A stretch of 32,000 nt of DNA from Micrococcus luteus NCTC 2665. Its GTDB lineage: Bacteria; Actinomycetota; Actinomycetes; Actinomycetales; Micrococcaceae. The notes under the pieces were generated by a model, which saw only the letters and a program-made list of their open reading frames with translations, searched no databases and had not been told where the DNA came from. Shown in pieces: positions 15,846-24,413 of this stretch (positions within the stretch are counted from its first letter, which is position 1; every line of letters starts with the position of its first letter). Made by a program: the position numbers and the translations under genes. The stretch is from positions 810,001 to 842,000 of the forward strand of contig NC_012803.1 in NCBI RefSeq assembly GCF_000023205.1, given 5' to 3'.

Positions 15846-16946
15846 TCAGTCCTCGGACGACGCCGCGTCCTCCGCCCCCGAGGGGGCCAGCCGGTTGCCG
15901 AGCAGACGCCGCAGCGAGGCCAGGCGTGCCGCTCCCGAGGGGCCGGCGTGGCCCGCGGCCACCCATGCGTCCAGGCCGCAGCCGGGGGAGTCGGCGGTGT
16001 GGGTGCAGCCGCGCGGGCAGTCCGCCAGTCCGCCGGCGAGGTCGTCGAAGGCCTCCACCACGCGGTCCGGCTCGACCCAGCCCAGCCCGAAGGACCGGAT
16101 GCCGGGGGTGTCCACCACCCAGGTGTCCGGCAGGGGGGCGCCGTCGTCGCCCGTCAGCGGCAGCGCGAGCGCGGACGAGGAGGTGTGCCGGCCCCGGCCG
16201 GTGACGGCGTTGACGTGGCCGGTGGCCCGTTCCGCGCCGGTGAGCGCGTTCAGCAGCGTGGACTTGCCGACGCCGGAGGGCCCCACGAACGCGCTGGTGT
16301 GCCCGATCAGCCGCTCGGCCACCCGGGCCACGAGCGAGGCGTCCAGGGCGGTGTCCCCGGTCTCGGCCTCGAAGGTCGCCGCACCGGAGGTCATCACCTC
16401 CAGGTCCAGCGCCTCGTAGTGCGCCACCAGCGCGTCCGGATCACGCAGGTCGGTCTTCGTGATGAGGAGCACCGGGTGGATGCCGGCGTCGTAGCAGGCG
16501 ACGAGGGCGCGGTCGATGAAGCCGGTCCGGGGCTCCGGATTGGCCGCGGCCACCATGATCACCAGCAGGTCGGCGTTGGCCACCACCACCCGCTCGACCT
16601 CGTCCGAGTCGTCCGCCGACCGGCGCAGGACCGTGCCGCGCTCCTCGACACGGATGATGCGCGCGAGCGTGCCCTCGTCCCCGGAGAGGTCCCCGACGAC
16701 GGCCACCCGGTCGCCCGTGGCGATCGGCGTGCGGCGCAGCTCCCGCGCGCGCATCGCCGTGATCCGCTCGTCCAGGCGCTCGGGCAGCACCACGGCGTAC
16801 CGGCCCCGGTCCACCGTGGTCACCATGCCGATCTCGGCGTCCTCGTGCTTGGGCCGCTCCTTGGTGCGCGGGCGGGTGCCGCGCTTGGACGGGCGCACCC
16901 GGACATCGGACTCGTCCCACGCCGAGGGATCGAGGCGCCGGGCCAT
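15846..16946 (-). CDS. rsgA: Ribosome small subunit-dependent GTPase A
   Basis: In-frame ATG 16946 ([12 protein letters not shown]) of ORF 15846..16994; its first base is shared with the aroA stop codon. G motifs are circularly permuted: LITKTDL, then [14 protein letters not shown]. Zn finger is [14 protein letters not shown]. Confidence 0.93.
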   Translation of the reverse strand: MARRLDPSAWDESDVRVRPSKRGTRPRTKERPKHEDAEIGMVTTVDRGRYAVVLPERLDERITAMRARELRRTPIATGDRVAVVGDLSGDEGTLARIIRVEERGTVLRRSADDSDEVERVVVANADLLVIMVAAANPEPRTGFIDRALVACYDAGIHPVLLITKTDLRDPDALVAHYEALDLEVMTSGAATFEAETGDTALDASLVARVAERLIGHTSAFVGPSGVGKSTLLNALTGAERATGHVNAVTGRGRHTSSSALALPLTGDDGAPLPDTWVVDTPGIRSFGLGWVEPDRVVEAFDDLAGGLADCPRGCTHTADSPGCGLDAWVAAGHAGPSGAARLASLRRLLGNRLAPSGAEDAASSED

Positions 16947-18376
16947 CAGCGGGTCTCCTCTGCCGCGTCGCCGGGTGCCACGAGCGCGGTCCACAATGCG
17001 GGGAAGTCCGGCATCGTCTTCGCGGTGGTCGCCACGTCCACGATGCCGGTCCCCGGCACGCGCAGGCCGACGACGGCGGCGAAGGTCGCCATGCGGTGGT
17101 CGTGGTAGGTCTCGAGGGCGGCGGGCGACAGCGGTCCCGACGCGTCCGTGCCCGGGAAGCCGAGCGCCGTCTCTCCCTCGTCCACGGTGATCCCCAGGCG
17201 GGCGGCCTCGGCGGTGAGCGCGGCGAGCCGGTCCGTCTCATGACCCCGCAGATGGCCGATCCCCGTCAGGCGGGTGGGCCCGGAGGCCAGCAGGGCGAGC
17301 GCGGCCGCGGTGGGGGCGAGCTCGGCCGTGTCCGCGATCTCACCGGCGCCGGTGATGCGGGGCGTGCCGTCGTCGTGGACCGCCCCGGTCACCGTGAGGC
17401 GGCCGCGGGAGCGGTCCGTGCGGTCGACCGTGAGGGCCACGCTCGCCCCGAACTGCGGCAGGATCCGCCGCCAGCGGTCGCCGATCTGCGTCGTGCGGGT
17501 CGGCCAGTCCGGCACCGTCACGGAGCCGCCCGTGGCCACGGCGGCCGCCAGGAAGGGGCCCGCGTTGGACAGGTCCGGCTCGACGGCCGCCTCGTGCGCG
17601 GGGACGCGTCCCGGGGCCACGGTCCACGCCCCGGGACCCGTCTCGGTGACGTCCACCTCGAGCGCGCGCAGCACCCCGACGGTCATCGCGACGTGCTCCG
17701 GACTCGGCACGGCCTCCCCGGTGTGCCGCAGCCGCAGACCGCGCGGCATCCCCGCGGCCGCCAGCAGCGCGGCGGACAGGAACTGGGAGGAGCCGGAGGC
17801 GTCGACCGCGACCTCCGGCACGTCGCCGTCGGGGGCCACCGGGGCAGCGTCCGCGCGGGTCGTCATCGTGAAGGGCAGGCGCCCGGGCTCGCCCTCCTCG
17901 ACGACGGCCACCCCGAGCTGGCGCAGCGCGTCCAGGACCGGGGCCATCGGGCGCAGGCGCGCGCCGGCGTCGCCGTCGAAGCGGACCCGGCCGGGCCGCA
18001 GCGCGGCGACGAACGGGACGAAGCGCATGACCGTCCCCGCCAGTCCGCAGTCCACGGCGACATCCCCGGCCAGCGGCTCGCCGACCGGCATCGGATGCAC
18101 GCGCAGGCCGCCGTCGGACAGGGGCTCGAACCGGGCGCCGAGCGCTGTGAGCGCCGTGCGCATCAGCGCCGTGTCCCGCGACTCGAGGACGCCGTGCAGG
18201 ACGCACGGGCCGTCGGCGAGGGCGGCGAGCACGAGGTGCCGGTTCGTCAGCGACTTCGATCCCGGCAGCCGCACGTCTCCGCGCACCGGGCCGCGCGCCA
18301 CGGGCGCGGGCCAGGTCTCGGCGGTGTCGGGACGGGGGGCGGGAGAGTGCGCGGCGGCACGCGTGGGGCGGGTCAC
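16946..18376 (-). CDS. aroA: 3-phosphoshikimate 1-carboxyvinyltransferase (EPSP synthase)
   Basis: ORF 16946..18376 with a GTG start. Has [18 protein letters not shown], and EPSP synthase-like sequence runs to the C-terminus. Confidence 0.95.
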   Translation of the reverse strand: MTRPTRAAAHSPAPRPDTAETWPAPVARGPVRGDVRLPGSKSLTNRHLVLAALADGPCVLHGVLESRDTALMRTALTALGARFEPLSDGGLRVHPMPVGEPLAGDVAVDCGLAGTVMRFVPFVAALRPGRVRFDGDAGARLRPMAPVLDALRQLGVAVVEEGEPGRLPFTMTTRADAAPVAPDGDVPEVAVDASGSSQFLSAALLAAAGMPRGLRLRHTGEAVPSPEHVAMTVGVLRALEVDVTETGPGAWTVAPGRVPAHEAAVEPDLSNAGPFLAAAVATGGSVTVPDWPTRTTQIGDRWRRILPQFGASVALTVDRTDRSRGRLTVTGAVHDDGTPRITGAGEIADTAELAPTAAALALLASGPTRLTGIGHLRGHETDRLAALTAEAARLGITVDEGETALGFPGTDASGPLSPAALETYHDHRMATFAAVVGLRVPGTGIVDVATTAKTMPDFPALWTALVAPGDAAEETR

Positions 18377-18382
18377 CGGACC

Positions 18383-18388
18383 AGCCTA
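18383..18388 (-). promoter_or_regulatory. Candidate -10 element TAGGCT(GG), 6 nt upstream of the aroA GTG (leaderless geometry)
   Basis: The minus strand reads GGATAGGCTGGTCCG-GTG ACC CGC. No Shine-Dalgarno sequence is possible in the 6-nt gap. Confidence 0.4.
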
Positions 18389-18525
18389 TCCGGCGTCTGT
18401 CGGCCGGGGTCGGCCTGTCCCGGGGGAATACCTGGAACGCTGCTGGCGCTCCACTGGACGACCCCGCACCCGTGACGGCGCACCGGTCCCGCTCGCCGAG
18501 GACCGCAGCCGGAGAGGAGCCCCGC

Positions 18526-19299
18526 ATGAGCGCCGCCCTGCTGACGCATCCCTCCCAAACCCAAACCGTAGACTGGCCAGCGATGAGCACTGACAACAGC
18601 CGGCCGGAATTCGCCCGGCCCGAGGACGCCCCCGAGCACGACCGCGCCGACATCGACGTCGCCGCCGAGTCCGAACAGCAGCGCCGTGCCCGGTTCGAGC
18701 GTGACGCCCTCGAGTTCGTGGACCAGTTGTACTCCGCTGCGCTGCGCATGACGCGCAACCCGCAGGACGCCGAGGACCTGGTCCAGGAGGCGTACACGAA
18801 GGCCTACTCCTCGTTCCACCAGTACCGGCCCGGCACCAACCTCAAGGCCTGGCTCTACCGGATCCTCACGAACACATACATCAACCTCTACCGCAAGCGG
18901 CAGCGCCAGCCCCTCGAGGCGGACAGCCCCGAGGTGGAGGACTGGCAGATGGCCCGGGCCGCCGAGCACACCTCCGGTGGCCTGCGCTCCGCCGAGTCGG
19001 AGGCCCTCGACCGGCTCCCCGACTCCCAGGTGAAGGATGCCCTGCAGGCGATCCCGGAGGAGTTCCGGCTCGCCGTGTACTTCGCGGACGTGGAGGGCTT
19101 CGCCTACAAGGAGATCGCCGAGATCCTCGACGTGCCGATCGGCACCGTCATGTCGCGGCTGCACCGGGGCCGCAAGCAGCTGCGCGAGCGCCTCGCGGAC
19201 TACGCGGCCGCGCGCGGCATCAAGGCCCAGCCGAAGAAGAAGACGGGGCGCGGCGGCACGAAGCAGACCGAGACGAGCACGAAGGAGGCCACGCGATGA
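18526..19299 (+). CDS. sigH: ECF RNA polymerase sigma factor, SigH/SigR type
   Basis: ORF 18472..19299. ATG 18526 follows GGAGAGGAG with a 6-nt spacer; ATG 18583 is an alternative leaderless start. Region 2 is [14 protein letters not shown] and [17 protein letters not shown]. Region 4 is [32 protein letters not shown]. It is followed by a ZAS anti-sigma gene. Confidence 0.9.
   Translation: MSAALLTHPSQTQTVDWPAMSTDNSRPEFARPEDAPEHDRADIDVAAESEQQRRARFERDALEFVDQLYSAALRMTRNPQDAEDLVQEAYTKAYSSFHQYRPGTNLKAWLYRILTNTYINLYRKRQRQPLEADSPEVEDWQMARAAEHTSGGLRSAESEALDRLPDSQVKDALQAIPEEFRLAVYFADVEGFAYKEIAEILDVPIGTVMSRLHRGRKQLRERLADYAAARGIKAQPKKKTGRGGTKQTETSTKEATR
18569..18574 (+). promoter_or_regulatory. Candidate -10 element TAGACT(GG), 8 nt upstream of in-frame ATG 18583 of sigH
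   Basis: CGTAGACTGGCCAGCG-ATG has the same motif and geometry as prfB and aroA. Confidence 0.3.
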
Positions 19300-19574
19300 C
19301 CGCGGACCAGCACGGCAATGAGTGCCGCGAAGCCCAGGACGCCTCCCTGGAGCGGCTGTACCAGTACCTGGACGGCGCCCTGACGCCCGAGGACATCGAG
19401 CAGGTGCGCGCCCACGTGGCGGAGTGTCCGGACTGCCGGCACCAGAAGGAGCTCGAGGAGCTCATCCGCTCGGCGGTGCGTCGGTGCTGCCAGGACAAGG
19501 CGCCCGCGCAGCTGCGGGCCACCATCATGACCCGCATCACCCAGATCTCGACGACGACCGTCACTGGGGGCTGA
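19296..19574 (+). CDS. rshA: Redox-sensing ZAS anti-sigma factor (RshA/RsrA type)
   Basis: ORF 19296..19574 with an ATGA overlap with sigH. Has HxxxCxxC (H40 VAE C44 PD C47) plus N-terminal Cys10, mirroring RsrA C11/H37/C41/C44. Confidence 0.9.
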   Translation: MTADQHGNECREAQDASLERLYQYLDGALTPEDIEQVRAHVAECPDCRHQKELEELIRSAVRRCCQDKAPAQLRATIMTRITQISTTTVTGG

Positions 19575-19622
19575 CACCGCGGGATGGGACCCGTGGGCAC
19601 CCGATCGGGCGCCCCGACGATG

Positions 19623-19657
19623 ACGAAGGGCCGTCCCCTGAGGGGACGGCCCTTCGT
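19623..19657. terminator. 16-bp perfect hairpin between convergent rshA (+) and the bL37 gene (-)
   Basis: ACGAAGGGCCGTCCCC (19623-19638) pairs with GGGGACGGCCCTTCGT (19642-19657) around the loop TGA. Confidence 0.7.
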
Positions 19658-19701
19658 GGTCTGCGGTCGCCGGGTGGCACCCGGCCGGTCCGCGACGCCG
19701 A

Positions 19702-19776
19702 TCAGGCGTTGGGACGCTTGCCGTGGTTGGCGCCGTTCTTGCGGCGGTCGCGACGCTTGCGTGCACGCTTGCTCAT
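19702..19776 (-). CDS. 50S ribosomal protein bL37 (actinobacteria-specific, 24 aa)
   Basis: Too short for the ORF track. The minus strand reads ATGAGCAAGCGTGCACGCAAGCGTCGCGACCGCCGCAAGAACGGCGCCAACCACGGCAAGCGTCCCAACGCCTGA, encoding MSKRARKRRDRRKNGANHGKRPNA. AAGGGAGA lies 5 nt upstream. It matches my recollection of the bL37 family (..KRRDR..ANHGKRPN.). Confidence 0.8.
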   Translation of the reverse strand: MSKRARKRRDRRKNGANHGKRPNA

Positions 19777-19820
19777 GACGTCTCCCTTCAACGAGTCGGT
19801 CGGTGGTCCATTCTGTCACA

Positions 19821-20426
19821 TCATGCCGTGGGCTCAGGCAGACCGAGCCACTGGTACCAGCCCCGGTGCAGCACGAGCCACGCGATGAGCCCGTGGCCCG
19901 CCTGGCCCGGCCGGCCCTGGCCGGAGGCGAGGTCCGAGCGCCACTGCTCGTGGCCCACCAGCGGGGTGAACGTGTCCACGTACACGTGGTTGCGCCGGTC
20001 GGCCACATCCAGGTAGGCGGCGTTGAGCTCGGCGAGCCGGGCGTTGCGCTGCTCGTCCAGGGTGGGTGTGGGGCCCACCACGAGCACCGGGATGTTCCGC
20101 TGCGAGGCGGTGTCCAGGACGTTGGCCAGGTTCAGCCGCGACCGGGCGGTGGAGGTGGCCTCCAGGTCCAGGTCCGCGTCGGACAGGGCCACGACGAGGC
20201 GGTTCTCCGTCTCCTCGGAGAAGCGCCGCGAGGCCTCGCCCCACCAGCGCTCGTTGAGGTCCTCGGTGGTCTCGTGCGGCACGGCCAGCACGTAGTTCTC
20301 CAACTCCACGTCGGGGGCCTGGGTGCGGGCGAGCACGCGGCCCCACCAGCCGATGGCGCGAGCGTCGCCCGCACCGGCCAGCAGATGGTCGCCGACGGCG
20401 GCGATCCGGATCCGGCGGTTGTGCAC
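19821..20426 (-). CDS. SGNH/GDSL-like hydrolase-fold protein with substituted catalytic motifs
   Basis: ORF 19821..20426. The block I position reads IAAVGDHLLAGAGD (GDH rather than GDS). The C-terminal GRPGQAGHGLIAWLV resembles the H-P-N-xx-G-H region, but with Arg at the DxxH His position by eye. Confidence 0.65.
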   Translation of the reverse strand: MHNRRIRIAAVGDHLLAGAGDARAIGWWGRVLARTQAPDVELENYVLAVPHETTEDLNERWWGEASRRFSEETENRLVVALSDADLDLEATSTARSRLNLANVLDTASQRNIPVLVVGPTPTLDEQRNARLAELNAAYLDVADRRNHVYVDTFTPLVGHEQWRSDLASGQGRPGQAGHGLIAWLVLHRGWYQWLGLPEPTA

Positions 20427-20501
20427 AGTGTGTCCTTTCGTCGGCCGATCCGGCGCCGCCGCCGCACCGGAGGGCGCGGCGGCGGCGCAGGTCGGTCCGG
20501 G

Positions 20502-23500
20502 TCAGCGGCCGAAGGCGGCGTCCAGCAGCGTGCTGAGCTCCTGGTCGTGGCGGCCCTTGGTGCCGGCGGAGGTCGCGGCCGAGGCCGGGCGGGACACGAG
20601 GGTCACGGGGACGTCGAGCTGCGGCACGAGGTTCAGCGCCATGAACGGCCACGGGCCCTGGTTCGCGGGCTCGTCCTGCACCCACGCGACGTCGGCGTCC
20701 GGGTAGGCGCGGAGCGCCTTGCGGATCTCGTCGAGTGGCAGCGGGTAGAGCTGCTCCACCCGCACGATCGCGGTGGAGGTGTCACCGGACTTCTCGCGAC
20801 GGGCGAGCAGGTCGTAGTACAGCCGGCCGGAGACCAGCACCACGCGCGTGACGTCCTTGGCGTCCACCCCGGCGTCCGGGATGACCGGCTGGAAGCGGCC
20901 CTCGGTGAAGTCCTCCACCGAGTTCGCGGCGGCCTTGAGGCGCAGCAGCTGCTTCGGGGTGAACACGATGAGGGGTCGGCGCGGGCGGGCGTAGGCCTGC
21001 TCGCGCAGCACGTGGAAGTGGTTGGCGCCCGTGGAGGGGTTGACCACGCGCATGTTGTCCTCGGCGCACATCTGCAGGAACCGCTCGATGCGGGCGGAGG
21101 AGTGGTCCGGCCCCTGCCCCTCGTAGCCGTGGGGGAGGAGCAGGACCACGGACGAGGTCTGCGACCACTTCTGATCGGCCGAGGAGATGAACTCGTCGAT
21201 GATCGTCTGTGCGCCGTTCACGAAGTCGCCGAACTGGGCCTCCCACAGCACGAGGGCGTCGGAGCGCTCCACGGAGTAGCCGTACTCGAAGCCGAGGGCG
21301 GCGTACTCGGACAGCAGCGAGTTGTAGACCCAGAACTGCGCCTGGTCCTCGGAGAGGTGCCTCAGCGGCGCCCACGTCTCGCCGGTGATCCGGTCGTGGA
21401 ACACCGAGTGGCGCTGCGTGAAGGTGCCGCGCTGGGAGTCCTGGCCCGCCAGGCGGACCGGCACGCCCTCTATGAGCAGCGAGCCGAAGGCCGCCAGTTC
21501 GGCGAAGCCCCAGTCGATGCCGCCGTCGACGGCCATCTTGGCGCGGCGCTCGAGCAGGGCCGCGAGCTTCGGGTGGACCGTGAAGCCCGCGGGCACGTCG
21601 AGGTGCGCCTGCCCGATGGCCCGCAGCGTCTCGGCCGAGATGGCCGTGGACGCCGGCGCCTCCGGGGCCGCGTCCCGGTCCTCGGCCGGGCGGATGCCCT
21701 CGCCGCCGGAGGCGGGCGCGTCCTCGTGGGTCTCCGCGAAGACCCGCTCGAGCTGCTGCTGGTAGTCCTTCAGAGCGCTGTCCGCCTCCTCCTGCGTGAT
21801 GTCGCCGCGGCCCACGAGGGACTCGACGTACAGCTTGCGGGTGGAGCGCTTCTGCTCGATGAGGTTGTACATGCGAGGCTGCGTCATCGACGGGTCGTCG
21901 CCCTCGTTGTGGCCGCGGCGGCGGTAGCAGACGAGGTCGATGACGACGTCCTTGTTGAACCGCTGGCGGTACTCGAAGGCGAGCTGGGCCACGTGCACTA
22001 CGGACTCCGGCTCGTCGCCGTTGACGTGGAAGATCGCGGCCTGGATGGTCTTGGCCACGTCGGTGGAGTACACCGTGGAGCGCGCCTGGGTCGGCGGCGT
22101 GGTGAAGCCCACCTGGTTGTTCACGACCACGTGGATGGTGCCGCCGGTGTGGTAGCCGGGCAGCTGTGAGAGCTGCAGCACCTCGGCCACGACGCCCTGG
22201 CCGGCGAAGGCCGCGTCGCCGTGCACCAGGATCGGCAGCACGGGGAAGGAGTCCGGGCGCTGGCCGCCCAGATCGAGGCGGTCCTGCTTGGCACGCACGA
22301 CGCCCTCGAGGACCGGGTCCACGGCCTCCAGGTGCGAGGGATTGGCGGCGAGGTATACGCGGGTGCTGTTGCCGGCGTCGGACACGAACGTGCCCTCGGT
22401 GCCCATGTGGTACTTCACGTCGCCCGAGCCCGAGGCACCGCCCGGGGTGGCCCCCTCGAACTCGCGGAAGACCTGGCTGTAGGTCTTGCCGGCGATGTTG
22501 GTCAGCACGTTCAGGCGACCGCGGTGCGCCATGCCGATGGCGACCTCGTCCAGCCCGGCGTCGGCGGCATCGCCGAGGATGCCGTCCAGCAGCGGGATGA
22601 GGGACTCGCCGCCCTCCAGGGAGAAGCGCTTCTGGCCGATGTACTTGGTCTGCAGGAACGTCTCGAACGCCTCCGCGGCGTTGAGGCGGCCCAGGATGCG
22701 CAGCTGCTCCTCGCGGGTGGGCTTGGCGTACGGCTGCTCGAGCTTCTCCTGGAGCCAAGCGCGCTCAGCCGGGTCCTGGATGTGCATGTACTCGACGCCG
22801 ATGGTGCGGCAGTACGCGTCACGCAGCACGCCGAGGATCTTGCGCAGCGTCAGGCTGCCCGCCCCGCCGAAGCCGCCGGTGGGCCACTGACGGTCCAGGT
22901 CCCACAGGGTGAGCCCGTGCTCGCGGATGTCGAGGTCCGGGTGGTAGGCCATCGAGTACTCGAGGGGGTCCACGTTGGCCAGCAGGTGGCCGCGGTCCCG
23001 GTACGCGTGGATCAGCTGCTGGATGCGGGCGACCTTGCCGATCTGCTCCTCCGGGTTCACCTGCACGTCCTGGGCCCAGCGGACGGGCTCGTAGGGGATG
23101 CGCAGGGAGTGGAAGACCTCGTCGTAGAAGCCGTCCTCGCCCAGCAGGAGGCCGTGCACGATCTTCAGGAACTCGCCGGAGCTGGCGCCCTGGATCACGC
23201 GGTGGTCGTACGTGGAGGTGAGCGTGATCGTCTTGGAGATCGCCAGGTCGTGCAGCGTGGACTCGGCGGCGCCCTGGAAGGCGGCCGGATAGGTCAGCGC
23301 GCCGACGCCGATGATGGCGGCCTGGCCCTGGGACAGGCGGGGCACCGAGTGCACGGTGCCGATGCCGCCCGGGTTGGTCAGGGAGACCGTGGTGCCGGCG
23401 TAGTCGTCCATCGTCAGCTTGTTCTTGCGGGCGCGCTGGACGAGGTCGTCGTACGCCTTCCAGAAGCCGCGGAAGTCGAGGGTCTCGGCGGCCTTCACGT

Positions 23501-24227
23501 TCGGGACCACGAGCGCGCGGGTGCCGTCCGGGCGGGGCAGGTCGATGGCCAGGCCGAAGTTCACGTGGGCCGGTTCCACCATGGTGGGCTTGCCGTCGCG
23601 CTCCTCGTAGATCACGTTCATCGAGGGCATGGCCGCGAGCGCGCGGACCACGGCGTAGCCGATGAGGTGGGTGAAGGAGACCTTGCCGCCGCGGGTGCGG
23701 GCCAGGTGGCTGTTGATGACCACGCGGTTGTCGATCAGCACCTTGGCCGGCAGGTCGCGCACGGTGGTGGCGGTGGGCATGGACAGGGAGGCGTCCATGT
23801 TCGTGGCCACGGCCTTGGCCATGCCCTTGAGGACGGTGGCCTTCTCCTGCTTCTCGTCCCCGGTGGTGGTGGCGGTGTCGGCGGGCTCGGAGGGCACGGC
23901 CTGGGCCGCCGGGGTCTTCTTGGCCTTGGGGCCGGTGCTGACCGAGGTCTCCTTGGGCTGCGCACCCCGGGCCGGGGCGGTCGCCGCCTTCGGCTCGGTC
24001 ACCTTGGCGGAGGCCTTCGGCTCGGCCGTGGTGGTGGCCTTCGGCTCGGCCTCGGTGGCGGCGGGGGCGCTGGCCTCGAGGCGGGCGAAGATCTGTGCCC
24101 ACTGCCGGTCCACGGAACCGGCGTCCTCGCGGTACTTCCGGTAGATCTCGGCCACGAGCCGTTCGTTCCCGGGGAACTCCTGTGCGAGCCGGTCCGACGT
24201 GAGTTCTGGCACTGTGTAACGCCTCAT
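20502..24227 (-). CDS. kgd: Multifunctional 2-oxoglutarate dehydrogenase/decarboxylase E1 fused to an E2 succinyltransferase domain (Kgd/OdhA type)
   Basis: C-terminal 1241 codons of ORF 20502..25652. Start is ATG 24227; GTG 24212 is an alternative. N-terminus NERLVAEIYRKYREDAGSVDRQW is Kgd-like. E2 catalytic motif is STYDHRVIQGASSGEF. E1 regions follow (GMAHRGRLNVL, HGDAAFAGQGVV, LLLPHGYEGQGPDHSSARIERFLQ). Confidence 0.95.
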   Translation of the reverse strand: MRRYTVPELTSDRLAQEFPGNERLVAEIYRKYREDAGSVDRQWAQIFARLEASAPAATEAEPKATTTAEPKASAKVTEPKAATAPARGAQPKETSVSTGPKAKKTPAAQAVPSEPADTATTTGDEKQEKATVLKGMAKAVATNMDASLSMPTATTVRDLPAKVLIDNRVVINSHLARTRGGKVSFTHLIGYAVVRALAAMPSMNVIYEERDGKPTMVEPAHVNFGLAIDLPRPDGTRALVVPNVKAAETLDFRGFWKAYDDLVQRARKNKLTMDDYAGTTVSLTNPGGIGTVHSVPRLSQGQAAIIGVGALTYPAAFQGAAESTLHDLAISKTITLTSTYDHRVIQGASSGEFLKIVHGLLLGEDGFYDEVFHSLRIPYEPVRWAQDVQVNPEEQIGKVARIQQLIHAYRDRGHLLANVDPLEYSMAYHPDLDIREHGLTLWDLDRQWPTGGFGGAGSLTLRKILGVLRDAYCRTIGVEYMHIQDPAERAWLQEKLEQPYAKPTREEQLRILGRLNAAEAFETFLQTKYIGQKRFSLEGGESLIPLLDGILGDAADAGLDEVAIGMAHRGRLNVLTNIAGKTYSQVFREFEGATPGGASGSGDVKYHMGTEGTFVSDAGNSTRVYLAANPSHLEAVDPVLEGVVRAKQDRLDLGGQRPDSFPVLPILVHGDAAFAGQGVVAEVLQLSQLPGYHTGGTIHVVVNNQVGFTTPPTQARSTVYSTDVAKTIQAAIFHVNGDEPESVVHVAQLAFEYRQRFNKDVVIDLVCYRRRGHNEGDDPSMTQPRMYNLIEQKRSTRKLYVESLVGRGDITQEEADSALKDYQQQLERVFAETHEDAPASGGEGIRPAEDRDAAPEAPASTAISAETLRAIGQAHLDVPAGFTVHPKLAALLERRAKMAVDGGIDWGFAELAAFGSLLIEGVPVRLAGQDSQRGTFTQRHSVFHDRITGETWAPLRHLSEDQAQFWVYNSLLSEYAALGFEYGYSVERSDALVLWEAQFGDFVNGAQTIIDEFISSADQKWSQTSSVVLLLPHGYEGQGPDHSSARIERFLQMCAEDNMRVVNPSTGANHFHVLREQAYARPRRPLIVFTPKQLLRLKAAANSVEDFTEGRFQPVIPDAGVDAKDVTRVVLVSGRLYYDLLARREKSGDTSTAIVRVEQLYPLPLDEIRKALRAYPDADVAWVQDEPANQGPWPFMALNLVPQLDVPVTLVSRPASAATSAGTKGRHDQELSTLLDAAFGR

Positions 24228-24413
24228 TCCTGAGCCTTGGGATGCGATGTGCTGCGCCGGGCCACCCGCGCGGCGCGCGTGGGGCCGGGAACGCCTCGGG
24301 ACATCATAGTTCTTCGACGGCCCCGGTCGGAATGCCGCGGCCTCGGCTCGACTCTGCTCCCGGCGGACGCGCAGGGGCCTCTCGGCGTCCGCCGCGTCTG
24401 GGAGCATGACGCC

